Shown here: positions 59,768 through 64,000 of the stretch, in pieces
Layout: every line of letters begins with the position of its first letter
How positions within the stretch are numbered: the stretch's first letter is position 1
NCBI GenBank assembly: GCA_965218585.1
Contig: CBDCLE010000025.1
Location: 96,001 to 160,000, forward strand
Length of the DNA stretch: 64,000 bases
DNA from: Terriglobia bacterium
GTDB taxonomy: Bacteria > Acidobacteriota > Terriglobia > 20CM-2-55-15
Direction: 5' to 3'
Made by a program: the position numbers and the translations under genes
The notes under the pieces: generated by a model
What the model was told of the DNA's origin: nothing
Seen by the model: the letters and a program-made list of their open reading frames with translations, nothing else
Databases searched by the model: none

Positions 59768-61318
59768 GGGATGCTTTCAGCCGTTTTTGAAAGATGTCCG
59801 GTCGACGGTGGTCGCGTCATGACCGCAAATCTCGATGAAATCCGGGTCATGCAGGGTGTTCGTAACGCCTTCGTCGTGGAGGGTGGGGAACGGATGACCA
59901 ATAGCCCGGGTGGGGCCCACCGGCTTCTGCCAGGTGTCGCGATTGTCGCCGATAGCTGGTGGCAGGCGCGCGCTGCCCGCACCAACCTTCGGGTGACGTG
60001 GGACGCAGGTGAAAACGCCGACGGCAGCAGCGAAGAGTTTTCCAGGATCGCCGAGGGTCTCGGGGATCAGGCACCAGAGGCGTGGGTAACCGAAAACGGC
60101 GATGTAGACGCCGTTCTGGCGGATGCCGCACAGGTGATCGAGGCTGCCTATTCCTACCCCTTCATTTCGCATGCTCAGCTGGAACCCCAGAATTGTGTGG
60201 CCCGTTTTGAGGACGGGCGGATGGAGATATGGGCACCGACGCAGTTCCCTGCGCCCTCCCAGCAATTGGTGGCGACAACCCTGGGCATCGACCCATCCGA
60301 TATCACGATCCACCTCATGAAGACGGGAGGTGGTTTCGGAAGGCGCCTTGTCGGGGATTTCATGGTTGAGACGGCATGGATTGCCAGGGAGGCCGGGGCT
60401 CCGGTGAAACTCCTCTGGAGCCGCGAAGACGACATGGCCCATGATTTCTACCGACCCGGCGGTTTCCATTTCTTCATGGGCGGGTTGGATGCCGAGGGAG
60501 GGCTCGTTGCGTGGCGCGATCATTTCGTGACCTACGGCGACGGTGAACGCTACGTCACCGGGGCGAATATGAATGGTCAGGAGTTTCCATCCGGACTCGT
60601 GCCCAACTTTGCTCTCAGGGCGACGATGATGCCGACCGGGGTACCCACGGGTTTGCTCCGGGCGCCCGGAAGCAATGCGCTGGGCTACGTCATCGAATCC
60701 TTTGTGGACGAGTTGGCAGCAGCAGGCGCTGACCCTGTGAGTTTCCGGCTCGACATCATGAGCAGGAATCCACGAGGCGGCGGAGGTTATGAAAGCGCAC
60801 GAATGGCCGCCGTTTTGGAGCGCGTCGCCGAGAAGTCAGGCTGGAGTAGACGCGGTAGCCTCGGCCCCAATCGATCCATAGGCGTAGCGACGTATTTTTC
60901 CCACCGTGGCTATTTTGCAGAAGTTGTAGATGTCAGTGTTGATTCGGACAAGAGAGTACGTGTGAACAAGGTCTGGGTGGTGGCTGACGTTGGAAGCCAG
61001 ATCGTCAACCCGAGCATGGCGGTCAATCAATGTCAGGGAGCCGTAATCGAAGGCTTGAGCCAAACGATGGCCTGGGAGATCACTATCGAGGGTGGCCAGG
61101 CCGTCGAAAGCAATTTCAACCGTTACCAGCCGGTTCGCATGGCCCAGGCGCCGCCGGAAATCGACGTCGAGTTCATCCGGACCGACAACATCCCCACCGG
61201 AATGGGTGAGCCGGCTCTGCCACCTGTGCCACCCGCGGTCTGTAACGCCATTTTCCAGATCAATGGCGAGCGCATCCGTTCACTGCCGTTGTCCAGGCAC
61301 GGTTACCGTTGGGCGTAA
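59768..61318 (+). pseudogene. 5'-truncated xanthine dehydrogenase-family molybdopterin-binding subunit (IorB-like)
   Basis: Begins abruptly at GMLSAVFERCPV; HAQLEPQNC, GGGFGRR, LRAPGSN and GMGEPALPP. Confidence 0.88.
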
Positions 61319-61412
61319 GGGAGATTCGGGACTGATCCCTATTTCCTGGACTAAACGTTCTGGACTGGCAATAAGTGTTTCGGGAAATAGGGCTCTGTCC
61401 CTTGAATTTCCC
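61319..61412. repeat. Long imperfect inverted repeat (REP-like) between convergent genes
   Basis: GGAGATTC-GGGACTGAT-CCCTATTTCC ... GGAAATAGGG-CTCTGTCCC-TT-GAATTTCC. Confidence 0.6.
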
Positions 61413-61419
61413 GGACTCG

Positions 61420-62652
61420 TCACTCCTCACCCGTCGCTTTCCCGTAACGGTTCTGCACATAATCTTCGAGTATCTCCGTGAAGTCGCTGGCGATGCTATC
61501 GCCCTGAAGCGTCGTGTGCAGTCTGGAATCAATGTAGACGGGAGCTTTAGGCTCTTCACCGTTTCCCGGAAGCGAAATCCCGATGTCGGCGTGCTTTGAC
61601 TCGCCCGGCCCGTTTACGACACACCCCATGACTGCAACCCGGAGTCCTTCAACTCCTGAGTAGAGCTGTCGCCACATGGGCATCCGGCGTTCCAGGTACG
61701 CTTCGATGTCCTGCGCCATTTCCTGAAAAAGAGTGCTCGTGGTTCGACCACAGCCGGGGCAGGCGGCTACGTGGGGAGAGAAGCGGCGTAGACCAAGGCT
61801 CTGGAGAACATCACGGCACACCCGTACTTCTTCCGTGCGGTCGCCGCCAGGACTGGGGGTCAGGCTTACACGTATCGTGTCTCCTATTCCTTCAAGGAGA
61901 AGGACAGAAAGACCGGCCGCGCTCGCGACGGTACCCCGGCGCCCCATGCCGGCTTCGGTCAATCCTACATGGAGGGGACAATCTGTCTGGGACGCAAGAT
62001 TCCTGTAAACGTCGATCAGGTCGCCCACGCTCGAAACCTTTGCGCTCAGGATGATGCGGTCGGTCCCGAGCCCGCACGATTCGGCAAGCTGGACCGATTC
62101 GAGCGCACTGACTACCATTGCTTCCAGTACAACTTTGCTCGCGTCCCGGGGTTGGCCGCGTTTCGCGTTCTCGTCCATCAACCGGGTTACAAGCGCCTGG
62201 TCCAGTGATCCCCAGTTGACACCAATCCGTATGGATTTCCCGTTGTCCCGGGCGATGCCTATGATGGTTTCAAAGTTTTCATCGTGCTGACGCCCCATGC
62301 CCACATTGCCGGGGTTGATGCGGTACTTGGCCAGGGCACTCGCGCATTCGGGGAACTCGCTGAGCAGGACGTGACCGTTGTAGTGAAAGTCCCCTATGAT
62401 CGGAGTTCCTACGCCCTGATCTCTGAGCCGTTCAAGGATTTTAGGGACAGCCTGTGCCGATTCCCGAGTGTCGACTGTAATTCTCACCAACTCAGATCCG
62501 GCCTCGCTAAGAGCAGCGATCTGTTCAACTGTGGCTTCGACGTCTGCCGTGTCTGTGTTTGTCATCGATTGGATGACGATCGGGTGAGTTCCACCGACGG
62601 GCACACCCCCGACATCGACGGTTTCGGATTGTCTTCTCTGCGGTTCGGGCAT
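61420..62652 (-). CDS. ispG: (E)-4-hydroxy-3-methylbut-2-enyl-diphosphate synthase
   Basis: [36 protein letters not shown] and [10 protein letters not shown]. Confidence 0.97.
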   Translation of the reverse strand: MPEPQRRQSETVDVGGVPVGGTHPIVIQSMTNTDTADVEATVEQIAALSEAGSELVRITVDTRESAQAVPKILERLRDQGVGTPIIGDFHYNGHVLLSEFPECASALAKYRINPGNVGMGRQHDENFETIIGIARDNGKSIRIGVNWGSLDQALVTRLMDENAKRGQPRDASKVVLEAMVVSALESVQLAESCGLGTDRIILSAKVSSVGDLIDVYRNLASQTDCPLHVGLTEAGMGRRGTVASAAGLSVLLLEGIGDTIRVSLTPSPGGDRTEEVRVCRDVLQSLGLRRFSPHVAACPGCGRTTSTLFQEMAQDIEAYLERRMPMWRQLYSGVEGLRVAVMGCVVNGPGESKHADIGISLPGNGEEPKAPVYIDSRLHTTLQGDSIASDFTEILEDYVQNRYGKATGEE

Positions 62653-62830
62653 ACGCCGAGATTATAGAGACGGGTGCCGGATTCGGCAAAGCGCGTCCGG
62701 GCAGCCAAACCTGTTGCGGGAGCTGTTTTCCCCCGTCCTCGAACTGTACAAAGTTCCTTCTCCAGTGTAAGAGTTAAGGAGTGATCGATCCGTTTTTCCT
62801 TTGAAAAAAGGTTCAGGGACCGAAAAACCG

Positions 62831-63232
62831 ATGTTTGGCATTCCATTTCACGTGCTGGTCGTTCACTTTCCGATCGCCTTGGCAACTGCAGCCCTTTGCT
62901 ACGATTCTTCGGGGTTTTATAACGGAATTTCTAGCTCTTACCGAATTGGGTCCAGGCTTGGCCGATGGGCTGCTTTGACGGCGGTCCTTGCTGCAGCGAC
63001 GGGTTTCAATCTGGCTGGAGTGAGCGGCCTGGGCAGTCGAGGCGGCGTAACCGGACACGCCGGATTCGGGATAGTCACGACCATCGTTCTGGTGGTACTG
63101 ATGTTCGTTCGCTATTCTGCTGAAGCGCGGGAAGAGTCTGTTCAAAAGGCTTTTCCCAGTGTCTGGCTTGCGGTTGAGTTTTTGGCCGTCATACTGGCGG
63201 GTGTGACGGTGATCATCGGACATCGCCTTTAA
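62831..63232 (+). CDS. DUF2231-like membrane protein
   Basis: HVLVVHFPIAL plus conserved His residues in TM helices. Confidence 0.75.
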   Translation: MFGIPFHVLVVHFPIALATAALCYDSSGFYNGISSSYRIGSRLGRWAALTAVLAAATGFNLAGVSGLGSRGGVTGHAGFGIVTTIVLVVLMFVRYSAEAREESVQKAFPSVWLAVEFLAVILAGVTVIIGHRL

Positions 63233-63257
63233 GGCGCCGAACTAGGAGTAAGTCAAC

Positions 63258-63530
63258 GTGGAAGAGCGGGATTTTTTTTCGGAAAAGGACGAGGTTAAGA
63301 CACACCGGCTGGATTGTCCCTCCTGTCGGCAGTCGAATGAATACAAGATCCGGTGGCGGGTCCGCTCGAAAAAGAAATCTCTGCCGCGTCACGCCGGTGA
63401 CGACGATCGGGCCCGATTCAAAGCGGCTAGGGACTACATGGTACGAATCGACGACGTCGTGAGGTGTGTGACGCCCCGGTGCGGGAAGCGGATCGAGATC
63501 AGCAGCCTGCAGTCCGTCATTTTCCTATAG
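63258..63530 (+). CDS. Small zinc-ribbon hypothetical protein
   Basis: AGGAG upstream of GTG; CPSC ... CVTPRC. Confidence 0.75.
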   Translation: MEERDFFSEKDEVKTHRLDCPSCRQSNEYKIRWRVRSKKKSLPRHAGDDDRARFKAARDYMVRIDDVVRCVTPRCGKRIEISSLQSVIFL

Positions 63531-63561
63531 GAGCCTGTTCGGGGGATTCGCACAGAGGCCG

Positions 63562-64000
63562 CTAACCTTCGTATTCCTTAGTAACCAGAGTTCCGGGTTC
63601 AGCCGGATTCTTCAGGAGTTCGAGCGCGTCTCTGAATATCCGAAGCTGGAGCTCGGTGTTGTTCGGCAGCCCGAGCGACTGACCGGGTGCGAAGGGCTTG
63701 GGGTAGAGCGCACGGGAGGGTCCCGCCTCTTCCGACTCGTCGGGCGAGACCGTAATTAAGACCGAAGGAATACCCAGACATTCGATGGCGCGCTGAATCG
63801 TGACGACCGTCCGATGGCAGAGCGGTCAGCCACCGGTCAGAATCACCGCGTCCGGTCTCAGACGGGCAACTTCGTCAGCCACTTCCCAACTGACGTCTTC
63901 TTTGAGCTGCCGCAGCCTTGTCGTCAGGCCCATCGAAACGTGGAAATCTGCGATCTTGCCGATTGAGCCGCCTGAAACGAGTTCCCTTAATCGATCAATC
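63562..64000 (-). CDS. PrdB/GrdB-family reductase selenoprotein B (partial), with an in-frame UGA at 63826-63828
   Basis: Hand translation: IDRLRELV..G.IG...DAVILTGG-U-PLCHRTVVTIQRAIECLGIPSVLIT...GQSLGLPN...KEYEG*; family similarity continues across the UGA. Confidence 0.85.
63797..63815 (-). promoter_or_regulatory. Candidate bacterial SECIS hairpin
   Basis: mRNA AUCG-GAC-(GGUC)-GUC-A-CGAU starting 10 nt after the UGA, with a G-leading apical loop. Confidence 0.55.

Noticed and set aside
58025-61318. 1097-aa ORF as an evolved multidomain protein
   Set aside because: The junction passes through an IS end and the enzyme half lacks its N-terminus; reported as a read-through fusion instead.

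Overview
A mostly core-chromosomal bacterial window. The gene set and order suggest Acidobacteriota (inference): tonB-exbB-exbD-exbD-TPR, a GWxTD protein, lone gatB and rplM-rpsI-rpsB-tsf-pyrH-frr. Housekeeping genes dominate: asd, thrB, aroD-aroE, cysK, lgt, pgsA, lpxB, murA, translation genes, tsaD, mtnA, gatB, rel, secDF-yajC-tgt, oppDF, rpsU and ispG. Notable features: (1) a CRISPR-independent ECF sigma / soluble zinc anti-sigma / TPR-CHAT (caspase-like) protease module, whose sigma gene is split by a 2110-bp IS1595-family element with perfect 23-bp IRs, an 8-bp TSD and passenger genes; (2) a tgt leader of four covarying 25-nt hairpin repeats containing two in-frame uORFs joined by TAG-ATG; (3) a GWxTD / beta-barrel / PDZ histidine kinase / sigma54 regulator / degenerate Pta cluster; (4) an ISNCY-type element between two 5'-truncated genes, whose transposase reads through into a molybdoenzyme subunit; (5) a PrdB-like selenoprotein at the right edge (in-frame UGA, UxxC, SECIS-like hairpin) missed by the ORF track. 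murA and a LysM gene are frameshifted. No tRNA, rRNA or CRISPR array was seen. All product calls rest on motif recognition by eye; no searches were run.
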